Shown here one piece after another: positions 12,001 through 26,321 of a DNA stretch of 64,000 nucleotides. The DNA is taken from positions 105,338,001-105,402,000 of the forward strand of contig OZ024744.1 of the NCBI GenBank assembly GCA_964016885.1. Reading direction: 5' to 3'. The translations under genes and the position numbers were made by a program. The number at the start of each line of letters is the position of its first letter. Within the stretch, counting starts at the first letter, position 1. The notes beneath the pieces were generated by a model, which had not been told where the DNA came from, ran no database searches, and worked only from the letters and a program-made list of their open reading frames with translations. Source of the stretch: Eledone cirrhosa. Its lineage: Eukaryota.

Positions 12001-12820
12001 TTAGTCTGTGTCTACGGTTGTATGCCGTCTATAACTAGTCAGTGTCTACAGTTGTATGCCGTCTATGACTAGTCTGTGTCTTCGGTTGTATGCCGTCTAT
12101 GACTAGTCTGTCTACGGTTGTATGCCGTCTATGACTAGTCTGTGTCTACAGTTGTATGCCGTCTATGACTAGTCTGTGTCTACGGTTGTATGCCGTCTAT
12201 GACTATTCTGTGTCTATGGTTGAATGCCGTCTATGACTAGTCTGTGTCTACGGTTGTATGCCGTTATGACTAGTCTGATCCACGGTTGTATGCCGTCTAT
12301 GACTAGTCTGATCCACTGTTGTATGCCGTCTATGACTAGTCTGTGTCTTCAGTTGTATGCCGTTTATGAGTAGTCTGTGTGTACGGTTGTATGCCGTCTA
12401 TGACTAGTCTGTGTCTACGGTTGTATGCCGTCTATGACTAGTCTGTGTCTACGGTTGTATGCCGTCTATGACTAGTCTGTGTCTACGGTTGTATGCAGTC
12501 TATGACTAGTCTGTGTGTTCGGTTGTATGCCGTCTATGACTAGTCTGAATCTATGGTTGTATGCAGTCTATGACTAGTCTGTGTCTACAGTTGTATGCCG
12601 TTTATGACTAGTCTGTGTGTACGGTTGTATGCCGTCTATGACTAGTTTGTGTCTACAGTTGTATGCCGTCTATGACTAGTCTGTGTCTACAGTTGTATAC
12701 CGTCTATGACTTGTCTATGTCTACAGTTGTATGCCGTCTATCACTAGTCTGTGTCTACGGTTGTATGCCGTCTATGACTAGTCTGTGTCTACGGTTGTAT
12801 GCCGTCTATGACTAGTCTGT
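1..12820 (+). repeat. About 7.5-7.8 kb super-repeat: 1-~5250 is repeated at ~7773-12820
   Basis: Ordered variant markers match: CGGTGTCTACAGATTT at 361/8133 (offset 7772), CTAGAATGTG at 3311/10879 (7568) and TCACTAG at 5171/12741 (7570). Offset changes are whole monomers plus one 2-bp deletion. Confidence 0.85.
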
Positions 12821-15800
12821 GTCTACGGTTGTATGCTGTCTATGACTAGTCTGTGTCTACTGCTGTATGCAGTCTATGACTAGTCTGTGTCTACGGTTGT
12901 ATGCAGGCTATGACTAGTCTGTGTCTACGGTTGTATGCCGTCTATGACTAGTCTGTTTGTACGGTTGTATGCCGTCTATGACTAGTCTTTGTGTACGGTT
13001 GTATGCCGTCTATGACTAGTCTGTGTGTACGGTTGAATGCCGTCTATGACTAGTCTGTGTCTACGGTTGTATGCCGTCTATGACTAGTCTGTGTGTACGG
13101 TTGTATGCCGTCTATGACTAGTCTGTGTCTACGGTTGTATGCCGTCTGTGACTAGTCTGATCCACGGTTGTATGCCGTCTATGACTAGTCTGATCCACGG
13201 TTGTATGCCGTCTATGACTAGTCTGTGTCTACGCTTGTATGCAGTCTATGACTAGTCAGTGTCTACGGTTGTATGGCGTCTATGACTAGTCTGTGTCTAC
13301 GGTTGTATGCCATATATGACTAGTCTGTGTCTACAGTTGTATGCCATCTATGACTAGTCTGTGTCAACAGTTGTATACTGTCTATGACTAGTCTGTGTCT
13401 ACGGTTGTATGCCGTCTATGACTAGTCTGTGTTTACGGTTCTATGCCGTCTATGACTAGTCTGTGTGTACGGTTGTATGCCGTCTATGACTAGTCTGTGT
13501 GTACGGTTGTATGCCGTCTATGACTAGTCTGTGTGTACGGTTGTATGCCGTCTATGACTAGTCTGAGTCTACGGTTGTATGCCGTCTATGACTAGTCTGT
13601 GTGTACGGTTCTATGCCGGCTATGACTAGTCTGTGTCTAGGGTTGTATGCCGTCTATGACTAGTTTCTGTGTACGGTTGTATGCCGTCTATGACTAGTCT
13701 GTGTATACGGTTGTATGCCGTCTATGACTAGTCTGTGTCTACGGTTGTATGCCGTCTATGACTAGTCTGTGTCTACAGTTGTATGCCGTCTATGACTAGT
13801 CTGTGTCTACGGTTGTATGCCGTCTATGACTAGTCTGTGTCTACAGTTGTATGCCGTCTCTGACTAGTCTGTGTCTACGGTTTATGCCGTCTATGACTAG
13901 TCTGTGTCTACGGTTGTATGCCATCTATGACTAGTCTGTGTGTACGGTTGTATGCCGTCTATGACTAGTCTGTGTCTACGGTTGTATGCCGTCTATGACT
14001 AGTCTGTGTGTAATGTTGTATGCCGTCTATGACTAGTCTGTGTCTACGGTTGTATGCCGTCTATGACTAGTCTGTGTCTACGCTTGTATGCCGTCTATGA
14101 CTAGAATGTGTCTACGGCTGTATGCCATCTATGACTAGTCTGTGTGTAATGTTGTATGCCGTCTATGACTAGTCTGTGTCTACGCTTGAATGCCGTCTAT
14201 GACTAGTCTGTGTGTACGGCTGTATGCCGTCTATGACTAGTCTGTGTCTACGGTTGTATGCCGTCTATGACTTGTCTGTGTCTACGGTTGTATGCCCTCT
14301 TTGACTAGTCTGTGTCTACGGTTGTATGCCGTCTATGACTAGTCTGTGTCTACTGTTGTATGCAGTCTATGACTAGTCTGTGTCTACGGTTGTATGCCGT
14401 CTATGACTAGTCTGTGTCTACGGTTGTATGCTGTCTATGACTAGTCTGTGTCTACGGTTGTATGCCGTCTATGACTAGTCTGTGTCTACGGTTGTATGCC
14501 GTCTATGACTAGTCTGTGTCTACGGTTGTATGCCGTCTATGTCTAGTCTGAGTCTACGGTTGTAGGCAGTCTATGACTAGTCTGTGTGTACGGTTGTATG
14601 CCGTCTATGACTAGTCTGTGTCTACGGTTGTATGCCGTCTATGACTAGTGTGTGTCTACAGTTGTATGCCGTCTATGACTAGTCTGTGTCTACAGTTGTA
14701 TGCCGTCTATGACTAGTCTGTGTCTACGGTTGTATGCCGTCTATGACTAGTCTGTGTCTACGGTTGTATGCCGTCTATGACTATTCTGTGTCAACGGTTG
14801 TATGCTGTCTATGACTAGTCTGTGTGTACGGTTGTATGCAGTCTATGACTAGTCTGTGTCTACTGTTGTATGCCGTCTGTGACTAGTCTGTGTGTACGGT
14901 TGTATGCAGTCTATGACTAGTCTGTGTCTACGGTTGTATGCCGTCTATGGCTAGTCTGTGTGTACGGTTGTATGCCGTCTATGACTAGTCTGTGTCTACA
15001 GTTGTATGCCGTCTATGACTAGTCTGTGTCTACAGTTGTATGCCGTCTATGACTAGTCTGTGTCTACGGTTGTATGCCGTCTATGACTAGTCTGTGTCTA
15101 CAGTTGTATGCCGTCTATGACTAGTTTGTGTCTACTGTTGTATACCGTCTATGACTAGTCTGTGTCTACGGTTGTATGCAGTCTATGACTAGTCTGTGTC
15201 TACGGTTGTATGCCGTCTATGATTAGTCTGTGTCTACGGTTGTATGCCGTCTATGACTAGTCAGTGTCTACAGTTGTATGCCGTCTATGACTAGTCTGTG
15301 TCTTCGGTTGTATGCCGTCTATGACTAGTCTGTCTACGGTTGTATGCCGTCTATGACTAGTCTGTGTCTACAGTTGTATGTCGTCTATGACTAGTCTGTG
15401 TCTACGGTTGTATGCCGTCTATGACTATTCTGTGTCTATGGTTGAATGCCGTCTATGACTAGTCTGTGTCTACGGTTGTATGCCGTTATGACTAGTCTGA
15501 TCCACGGTTGTATGCTGTCTATGACTAGTCTGATCCACTGTTGTATGCCGTCTATGACTAGTCTGTGTCTTCAGTTGTGTGCCGTTTATGAGTAGTCTGT
15601 GTGTACGGTTGTATGCCGTCTATGACTAGTCTGTGTCTACGGTTGTATGCCGTCTATGACTAGTCTGTTTCTACGGTTGTATGCCGTCTATGACTAGTCT
15701 GTGTCTACGGTTGTATGCAGTCTATGACTAGTCTGTGTGTTCGGTTGTATGCCGTCTATGACTAGTCTGAATCTACGGTTGTATGCAGTCTATGACTAGT

Positions 15801-16370
15801 CTGTGTCTACAGTTGTATGCTGTTTATGACTAGTCTGTGTGTACGGTTGTATGCCGTCTATGACTAGTTTGTGTCTACAGTTGTATGCCGTCTATGACTA
15901 GTCTGTGTCTACAGTTGTATACCGTCTATGACTTGTCTATGTCTACAGTTGTATGCCGTCTATCACTAGTCTGTGTCTACGGTTGTATGCCGTCTATGAC
16001 TAGTCTGTGTCTACGGTTGTATGCCGTCTATGACTAGTCTGTGTCTACGGTTGTATGCTGTCTATGACTAGTCTGTGTCTACTGCTGTATGCAGTCTATG
16101 ACTAGTCTGTGTCTACGGTTGTATGCAGGCTATGACTAGTCTGTGTCTACGGTTGTATGCCGTCTATGACTAGTCTGTTTGTACGGTTGTATGCCGTCTA
16201 TGACTAGTCTTTGTGTACGGTTGTATGCCGTCTATGACTAGTCTGTGTGTACGGTTGAATGCCGTCTATGACTAGTCTGTGTCTACGGTTGTATGCCGTC
16301 TATGACTAGTCTGTGTGTACGGTTGTATGCCGTCTATGACTAGTCTGTGTCTACGGTTGTATGCCGTCTA
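10660..16370 (+). repeat. Block duplication with 3,222-bp offset (~10660-13140 vs ~13880-16370)
   Basis: CTAGAATGTG at 10879/14101 and TCACTAG at 12741/15963, with the same intervening order of variants. Confidence 0.8.
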
Positions 16371-19300
16371 TGACTACTCTGTGTCTACAGTTGTATGCCG
16401 TCTATGACTAGTCTGTGTCTACGGTTGTATGCCGTCTATGACTAGTCTGTGTCTACAGTTGTATGCCGTCTCTGACTAGTCTGTGTCTACGGTTGTATGC
16501 CGTCTATGACTAGTCTGTGTCTACGGTTGTATTCCGTCTATGACTAGTCTGTGTCTACGGTTTATGCCGTCTATGACTAGTCTGTGTCTACGGTTGTATG
16601 CCATCTATGACTAGTCTGTGTGTACGGTTGTATGCCGTCTATGACTAGTCTGTGTCTACGGTTGTATGCCGTCTATGACTAGTCTGTGTGTAATGTTGTA
16701 TGCCGTCTATGACTAGTCTGTGTCTACGGTTGTATGCCGTCTATGACTAGTCTGTGTCTACGCTTGTATGCCGTCTATGACTAGAATGTGTCTACGGCTG
16801 TATGCCATCTATGACTAGTCTGTGTGTAATGTTGTATGCCGTCTATGACTAGTCTGTGTCTACGCTTGTATGCCGTCTATGACTAGTCTGTGTGTACGGT
16901 TGTATGCCGTCTATGACTAGTCTGTGTCTACGGTTGTATGCCGTCTATGACTTGTCTGTGTCTACGGTTGTATGCCCTCTTTGACTAGTCTGTGTCTACG
17001 GTTGTATGCCGTCTATGACTAGTCTGTGTTTACTGTTGTATGCAGTCTATGACTAGTCTGTGTCTACGGTTGTATGCCGTCTATGACTAGTCTGTGTCTA
17101 CGGTTGTATGCTGTCTATGACTAGTCTGTGTCTACGGTTGTATGCCGTCTATGACTAGTCTGTGTCTACGGTTGTATGCCGTCTATGACTAGTCTGTGTC
17201 TACGGTTGTATGCCGTCTATGTCTAGTCTGAGTCTACGGTTGTAGGCAGTCTATGACTAGTCTGTGTCTACGGTTGTATGCCGTCTATGACTAGTCTGTG
17301 TCTACGGTTGTATGCCGTCTATGACTAGTGTGTGTCTACAGTTGTATGCCGTCTATGACTAGTCTGTGTCTACGGTTGTATGCCGTCTATGACTAGTCTG
17401 TGTCTACAGTTGTATGCCGTCTCTGACTAGTCTGTGTCTACGGTTGTATGCCGTCTATGACTAGTCTGTGTCTACGGTTGTATTCCGTCTATGACTAGTC
17501 TGTGTCTACGGTTTATGCCGTCTATGACTAGTCTGTGTCTACGGTTGTATGCCATCTATGACTAGTCTGTGTGTACGGTTGTATGCCGTCTATGACTAGT
17601 CTGTGTCTACGGTTGTATGCCGTCTATGACTAGTCTGTGTGTAATGTTGTATGCCGTCTATGACTAGTCTGTGTCTACGGTTGTATGCCGTCTATGACTA
17701 GTCTGTGTCTACGCTTGAATGCCGTCTATGACTAGAATGTGTCTACGGCTGTATGCCATCTATGACTAGTCTGTGTGTAATGTTGTATGCCGTCTATGAC
17801 TAGTCTGTGTCTACGCTTGTATGCCGTCTATGACTAGTCTGTGTGTACGGTTGTATGCCGTCTATGACTAGTCTGTGTCTACGGTTGTATGCCGTCTATG
17901 ACTTGTCTGTGTCTACGGTTGTATGCCCTCTTTGACTAGTCTGTGTCTACGGTTGTATGCCGTCTATGACTAGTCTGTGTCTACTGTTGTATGCAGTCTA
18001 TGACTAGTCTGTGTCTACGGTTGTATGCCGTCTATGACTAGTCTGTGTCTACGGTTGTATGCTGTCTATGACTAGTCTGTGTCTACGGTTGTATGCCGTC
18101 TATGACTAGTCTGTGTCTACGGTTGTATGCCGTCTATGACTAGTCTGTGTCTACGGTTGTATGCCGTCTATGTCTAGTCTGAGTCTACGGTTGTAGGCAG
18201 TCTATGACTAGTCTGTGTCTACGGTTGTATGCCGTCTATGACTAGTCTGTGTCTACGGTTGTATGCCGTCTATGACTAGTGTGTGTCTACAGTTGTATGC
18301 CGTCTATGACTAGTCTGTGTCTACAGTTGTATGCCGTCTATGACTAGTCTGTGTCTAGGGTTGTATGCCGTCTATGACTAGTCTGTGTCTACGGTTGTAT
18401 GCCGTCTATGACTATTCTGTGTCAACGGTTGTATGCTGTCTATGACTAGTCTGTGTGTACGGTTGTATGCAGTCTATGACTAGTCTGTGTCTACTGTTGT
18501 ATGCCGTCTGTGACTAGTCTGTGTGTACGGTTGTATGCAGTCTATGACTAGTCTGTGTCTACGGTTGTATGCCGTCTATGGCTAGTCTGTGTGTACGGTT
18601 GTATGCCGTCTATGACTAGTCTGTGTCTACAGTTGTATGCCGTCTATGACTAGTCTGTGTCTACAGTTGTATGCCGTCTATGACTAGTCTGTGTCTACGG
18701 TTGTATGCCGTCTATGACTAGTCTGTGTCTACAGTTGTATGCCGTCTATGACTAGTTTGTGTCTACTGTTGTATACCGTCTATGACTAGTCTGTGTCTAC
18801 GGTTGTATGCAGTCTATGACTAGTCTGTGTCTACGGTTGTATGCCGTCTATGATTAGTCTGTGTCTACGGTTGTATGCCGTCTATGACTAGTCAGTGTCT
18901 ACAGTTGTATGCCGTCTATGACTAGTCTGTGTCTTCGGTTGTATGCCGTCTATGACTAGTCTGTCTACGGTTGTATGCCGTCTATGACTAGTCTGTGTCT
19001 ACAGTTGTATGCCGTCTATGACTAGTCTGTGTCTACGGTTGTATGCCGTCTATGACTATTCTGTGTCTATGGTTGAATGCCGTCTATGACTAGTCTGTGT
19101 CTACGGTTGTATGCCGTTATGACTAGTCTGATCCACGGTTGTATGCCGTCTATGACTAGTCTGATCCACTGTTGTATGCCGTCTATGACTAGTCTGTGTC
19201 TTCAGTTGTATGCCGTTCATGAGTAGTCTGTGTGTACGGTTGTATGCCGTCTATGACTAGTCTGTGTCTACGGTTGTATGCCGTCTATGACTAGTCTGTG

Positions 19301-22300
19301 TCTACGGTTGTATGCCGTCTATGACTAGTCTGAATCTACGGTTGTATGCAGTCTATGACTAGTCTGTGTCTACAGTTGTATGCCGTTTATGACTAGTCTG
19401 TGTGTACGGTTGTATGCCGTCTATGACTAGTTTGTGTCTACAGTTGTATGCCGTCTATGACTAGTCTGTGTCTACAGTTGTATACCGTCTATGACTTGTC
19501 TATGTCTACAGTTGTATGCCGTCTATCACTAGTCTGTGTCTACGGTTGTATGCCGTCTATGACTAGTCTGTGTCTACGGTTGTATGCCGTCTATGACTAG
19601 TCTGTGTCTACGGTTGTATGCTGTCTATGACTAGTCTGTGTCTACTGCTGTATGCAGTCTATGACTAGTCTGTGTCTACGGTTGTATGCAGGCTATGACT
19701 AGTCTGTGTCTACGGTTGTATGCCGTCTATGACTAGTCTGTTTGTACGGTTGTATGCCGTCTATGACTAGTCTTTGTGTACGGTTGTATGCCGTCTATGA
19801 CTAGTCTGTGTGTACGGTTGAATGCCGTCTATGACTAGTCTGTGTCTACGGTTGTATGCCGTCTATGACTAGTCTGTGTGTACGGTTGTATGCCGTCTAT
19901 GACTAGTCTGTGTCTACGGTTGTATGCCGTCTGTGACTAGTCTGATCCACGGTTGTATGCCGTCTATGACTAGTCTGATCCACGGTTGTATGCCGTCTAT
20001 GACTAGTCTGTGTCTACGGTTGTATGCAGTCTATGACTAGTCAGTGTCTACGGTTGTATGGCGTCTATGACTAGTCTGTGTCTACTGCTGTATGCAGTCT
20101 ATGACTAGTCAGTGTCTACGGTTGTATGCAGGCTATGACTAGTCTGTGTCTACGGTTGTATGCCGTCTATGACTAGTCTGTGTGTACGGTTGTATGCCGT
20201 CTATGACTAGTCTTTGTGTACGGTTGTATGCCGTCTATGACTAGTCTGTGTGTACGGTTGAATGCCGTCTATGACTAGTCTGTGTCTACGGTTGTATGCC
20301 GTCTATGACTAGTCTGTGTGTACGGTTGTATGCCGTCTATGACTAGTCTGTGTCTACGGTTGTATGCCGTCTATGACTAGTCTGTGTGTACGGTTGTATG
20401 CCGTCTTTGACTAGTCTGTGTGTAAGGTTGTATGCCGTCTATGACTAGTCTGAGTCTACGGTTGTATGCCGTCTATGACTAGTCTGTGTGTACGTTCTAT
20501 GCCGTCTATGACTAGTCTGTGTCTAGGGTTGTATGCCGTCTATGACTAGTCTGTGTGTACGGTTGTATGCCGTCTATGACTAGTCTGTGTATACGGTTGT
20601 ATGCCGTCTATGACTAGTCTGGGTCTACGGTTGTATGCCGTCTATGACTAGTCTGTGTCTACGGTTGTATGCCGTCTATGACTAGTCTGTGTCTACGGTT
20701 GTATGCCGTCTATGACTAGTCTGTGTCTACAGTTGTATGCCGTCTATGACTAGTCTGTGTCTACGGTTGTATGCCGTCTATGACTAGTCTGTGTCTACAG
20801 ATTTATGCCGTCTCTGACTAGTCTGTGTCTACGGTTGTATGCCGTCTATGCCTGGTATGTGTCTACGGTTGTATGCCGTCTATGACTAGTCTGTGTCTAC
20901 AGTTGTATGCCGTCTATGACTAGTCTGTGTCTACGGTTGTATCCTGTCTATGACTAGTCTGTGTCTACTGCTGTATGCAGGCTAAGACTAGTCTGTGTCT
21001 ACGGTTGTATGCCGTCTATGACTAGTCTGTGTGTACGGTTGTATGCCGTCTATGACTAGTCTTTGTGTACGGTTGTATGCCGTCTATGACTAGTCTGTGT
21101 CTACGGTTGTATGCCGTCTATGACTAGTCTGTGTGTACGGTTGTATGCCGTCTATGACTAGTCTGTGTCTACGGTTGTATGCCGTCTATGACTAGTCTGT
21201 GTGTACGGTTGTATGCCGTCTATGACTAGTCTGTGTGTACGGTTGTATGCCGTCTATGACTAGTCTGAGTCTACGGTTGTATGCCGTCTATGACTAGTCT
21301 GTGTGTACGGTTCTATGCCGTCTATGACTAGTCTGTGTCTAGTGTTGTATGCCGTCTATGACTAGTCTGTGTGTACGGTTGTATGCAGGCTATGACTAGT
21401 CTGTGTATACGATTGTATGCCGTCTATGACTAGTCTGTGTCTACGGTTGTATGCCGTCTATGACTAGTCTGTGTCTACAGTTGTATGCCGTCTATGACTA
21501 GTCTGTGTCTACGGTTTTATGCCGTCTATGATAGTCTGTGTCTACAGTTGTATGCCTTCTCTGACTAGTCTGTGTCTACGGTTGTATGCCGTCTATGACT
21601 AGTCTGTGTCTACGGTTGTATGCCGTCTATGACTAGTCTGTGTCTACGGTTGTATGCCGTCTATGACTAGTCTGTGTCTACAGTTGTATGCCGTCTATGG
21701 CTAGTCTGTGTCTACGGTTGTATGCCGTCTATGACTAGTCTGTGTCTACAGATTTATGCCGTCTCTGACTAGTCTGTGTCTACGGTTGTATGCCGTCTAT
21801 GACTGGTCTGTGTCTACGGTTGTATGCCGTCTATGACTAGTCTGTGTCTACAGTTGTATGCCGTCTATGACTAGTCTGTGTCTACGGTTGTATGCCGTCT
21901 ATGACTAGTCTGTGTCTACAGTTGTATGCCGTCTCTAACTAGTCTGTGTCTACGGTTGTATGCCATCTATGACTAGTCTGTGTCTACGGTTGTATGCCGT
22001 CTATGACTAGTCTGAGTCTACGGTTGTATGCAGTCTATGACTAGTCTGTGTCTACAGTTGTATGCCGTCTATGACTAGTCTGTGTATACGGTTGTATGCC
22101 GTCTATGACTAGTCTGTGTCTACGGTTGTATGCCGTCTATGACTAGTCTGTGTCTACAGTTGTATGCCGTCTATGACTAGTCTGTGTCTACGGTTGTATG
22201 CCGTCTATGACTAGTCTGTGTCTACAGTTGTATGCCGTCTCTGACTAGTCTGTGTCTACGGTTGTATGCCGTCTATGACTAGTCTGTGTCTACGGTTGTA

Positions 22301-25300
22301 TTCCGTCTATGACTAGTCTGTGTCTACGGTTTATGCCGTCTATGACTAGTCTGTGTCTACGGTTGTATGCCATCTATGACTGGTCTGTGTGTACGGTTGT
22401 ATGCCGTCTATGACTAGTCTGTGTCTACGGTTGTATGCCGTCTATGACTAGTCTGTGTGTAATGTTGTATGCCGTCTATGACTAGTCTGTGTCTACGGTT
22501 GTATGCCGTCTATGACTAGTCTGTGTCTACGCTTGTATGCCGTCTATGACTAGAATGTGTCTACGGCTGTATGCCATCTATGACTAGTCTGTGTGTAATG
22601 TTGTATGCCGTCTATGACTAGTCTGTGTCTACGCTTGTATGCCGTCTATGACTAGTCTGTGTGTACGGTTGTATGCCGTCTATGACTAGTCTGTGTCTAC
22701 GGTTGTATGCCGTCTATGACTTGTCTGTGTCTACGGTTGTATGCCCTCTTTGTCTAGTCTGTGTCTACGGTTGTATGCCGTCTATGACTAGTCTGTGTCT
22801 ACTGTTGTATGCAGTCTATGACTAGTCTGTGTCTACGGTTGTATGCCGTCTATGACTAGTCTGTGTCTACGGTTGTATGCTGTCTATGACTAGTCTGTGT
22901 CTACGGTTGTATGCCGTCTATGACTAGTCTGTGTCTACGGTTGTATGCCGTCTATGACTAGTCTGTGTGTACGGTTGTATGCCGTCTATGTCTAGTCTGA
23001 GTCTACGGTTGTAGGCAGTCTATGACTAGTCTGTGTCTACGGTTGTATGCCGTCTATGACTAGTCTGTGTCTACGGTTGTATGCCGTCTATGACTAGTGT
23101 GTGTCTACAGTTGTATGCCGTCTATGACTAGTCTGTGTCTACAGTTGTATGCCGTCTATGACTAGTCTGTGTCTACGGTTGTATGCCGTCTATGACTAGT
23201 CTGTGTCTACGGTTGTATGCCGTCTATGACTATTCTGTGTCAACGGTTGTATGCTGTCTATGACTAGTCTGTGTGTACGGTTGTATGCAGTCTATGACTA
23301 GTCTGTGTCTACTGTTGTATGCCGTCTGTGACTAGTCTGTGTGTACGGTTGTATGCAGTCTATGACTAGTCTGTGTCTACGGTTGTATGCCGTCTATGGC
23401 TAGTCTGTGTGTACGGTTGTATGCCGTCTATGACTAGTCTGTGTCTACAGATGTATGCCGTCTATGACTAGTCTGTGTCTACAGTTATATGCCGTCTATG
23501 ACTAGTCTGTGTCTACGGTTGTATGCCGTCTATGACTAGTCTGTGTCTACAGTTGTATGCCGTCTATGACTAGTTTGTGTCTACTGTTGTATACCGTCTA
23601 TGACTAGTCTGTGTCTACGGTTGTATGCAGTCTATGACTAGTCTGTGTCTACGGTTGTATGCCGTCTATGATTAGTCTGTGTCTACGGTTGTATGCCGTC
23701 TATGACTAGTCAGTGTCTACAGTTGTATGCCGTCTATGACTAGTCTGTGTCTTCGGTTGTATGCCGTCTATGACTAGTCTGTCTACGGTTGTATGCCGTC
23801 TATGACTAGTCTGTGTCTACAGTTGTATGTCGTCTATGACTAGTCTGTGTCTACGGTTGTATGCCGTCTATGACTATTCTGTGTCTATGGTTGAATGCCG
23901 TCTATGACTAGTCTGTGTCTACGGTTGTATGCCGTTATGACTAGTCTGATCCACGGTTGTATGCCGTCTATGACTAGTCTAATCCACTGTTGTATGCCGT
24001 CTATGACTAGTCTGTGTCTTCAGTTGTGTGCCGTTTATGAGTAGTCTGTGTGTACGGTTGTATGCCGTCTACGACTAGTCTGTGTCTACGGTTGTATGCC
24101 GTCTATGACTAGTCTGTGTCTACGGTTGTATGCCGTCTATGACTAGTCTGTGTCTACGGTTGTATGCAGTCTATGACTAGTCTGTGTGTTCGGTTGTATG
24201 CCGTCTATGACTAGTCTGAATCTACGGTTGTATGCAGTCTATGACTAGTCTGTGTCTACAGTTGTATGCCGTTTATGACTAGTCTGTGTGTACGGTTGTA
24301 TGCCGTCTATGACTAGTTTGTGTCTACAGTTGTATGCCGTCTATGACTAGTCTGTGTCTACAGTTGTATACCGTCTATGACTTGTCTATGTCTACAGTTG
24401 TATGCCGTCTATCACTAGTCTGTGTCTACGGTTGTATGCACTCTATGACTAGTCTGTGTCTACGGTTGTATGCCGTCTATGACTAGTCTGTGTCTACGGT
24501 TGTATGCTGTCTATGACTAGTCTGTGTCTACTGCTGTATGCAGTCTATGACTAGTCTGTGTCTACGGTTGTATGCAGGCTATGACTAGTCTGTGTCTACG
24601 GTTGTATGCCGTCTATGACTAGTCTGTTTGTACGGTTGTATGCCGTCTATGACTAGTCTTTGTGTACGGTTGTATGCCGTCTATGACTAGTCTGTGTGTA
24701 CGGTTGAATGCCGTCTATGACTAGTCTGTGTCTACGGTTGTATGCCGTCTATGACTAGTCTGTGTGTACGGTTGTATGCCGTCTATGACTAGTCTGTGTC
24801 TACGGTTGTATGCCGTCTATGACTACTCTGTGTCTACAGTTGTATGCCGTCTATGACTAGTCTGTGTCTACGGTTGTATGCCGTCTATGACTAGTCTGTG
24901 TCTACAGTTGTATGCCGTCTCTGACTAGTCTGTGTCTACGGTTGTATGCCGTCTATGACTAGTCTGTGTCTACGGTTGTATTCCGTCTATGACTAGTCTG
25001 TGTCTACGGTTTATGCCGTCTATGACTAGTCTGTGTCTACGGTTGTATGCCATCTATGACTAGTCTGTGTGTACGGTTGTATGCCGTCTATGACTAGTCT
25101 GTGTCTACGGTTGTATGCCGTCTATGACTAGTCTGTGTGTAATGTTGTATGCCGTCTATGACTAGTCTGTGTCTACGCTTGTATGCCGTCTATGACTAGA
25201 ATGTGTCTACGGCTGTATGCCATCTATGACTAGTCTGTGTGTAATGTTGTATGCCGTCTATGACTAGTCTGTGTCTACGCTTGTATGCCGTCTATGACTA

Positions 25301-25800
25301 GTCTGTGTGTACGGTTGTATGCCGTCTATGACTAGTCTGTGTCTACGGTTGTATGCCGTCTATGACTTGTCTGTGTCTACGGTTGTATGCCCTCTTTGAC
25401 TAGTCTGTGTCTACGGTTGTATGCCGTCTATGACTAGTCTGTGTCTACTGTTGTATGCAGTCTATGACTAGTCTGTGTCTACGGTTGTATGCCGTCTATG
25501 ACTAGTCTGTGTCTACGGTTGTATGCTGTCTATGACTAGTCTGTGTCTACGGTTGTATGCCGTCTATGACTAGTCTGTGTCTACGGTTGTATGCCGTCTA
25601 TGACTAGTCTGTGTCTACGGTTGTATGCCGTCTATGTCTAGTCTGAGTCTACGGTTGTAGGCAGTCTATGACTAGTCTGTGTCTACGGTTGTATGCCGTC
25701 TATGACTAGTCTGTGTCTACGGTTGTATGCCGTCTATGACTAGTGTGTGTCTACAGTTGTATGCCGTCTATGACTAGTCTGTGTCTACGGTTGTATGCCG
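13880..25800 (+). repeat. Dispersed block duplication with 8,449-bp offset (~13880-17400 vs ~22330-25800)
   Basis: Variants seen only in these two copies are TCAGTTGTGTGCC at 15571/24020 and TGACTACTCT at 16371/24820. CTAGAATGTG is at 14101/22550. The offset drops to 8415 after a one-monomer loss (16781/25196). Confidence 0.82.
16381..18320 (+). repeat. Tandem duplication of a 951-bp (28-monomer) unit
   Basis: ATTCCG at 16531/17482 and CTAGAATGTG at 16781/17732. 951 = 28x34 - 1, matching the single 1-bp-deleted monomer (ACGGTTTATG) in the unit. Confidence 0.88.
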
Positions 25801-26321
25801 TCTATGACTAGTCTGCGTCTACAGTTGTATGCCGTCTATGACTAGTCTGTGTCTACGGTTGTATGCCGTCTATGACTTGTCTGTGTCTACGGTTGTATGC
25901 CCTCTTTGACTAGTCTGTGTCTACGGTTGTATGCCGTCTATGACTAGTCTGTGTCTACTGTTGTATGCAGTCTATGACTAGTCTGTGTCTACGGTTGTAT
26001 GCCGTCTATGACTAGTCTGTGTCTACGGTTGTATGCTGTCTATGACTAGTCTGTGTCTACGGTTGTATGCCGTCTATGACTAGTCTGTGTCTACGGTTGT
26101 ATGCCGTCTATGACTAGTCTGTGTCTACGGTTGTATGCCGTCTATGTCTAGTCTGAGTCTACGGTTGTAGGCAGTCTATGACTAGTCTGGGTCTACAGTT
26201 GTATGCCGTCTATGACTAGTCTGTGTCTACGGTTGTATGCCGTCTATGACTAGTCTGTGTCTACAGTTTTATGCCGTCTCTGACTAGTCTGTCTCTACGG
26301 TTGTATGCCGTCTATGACTGG

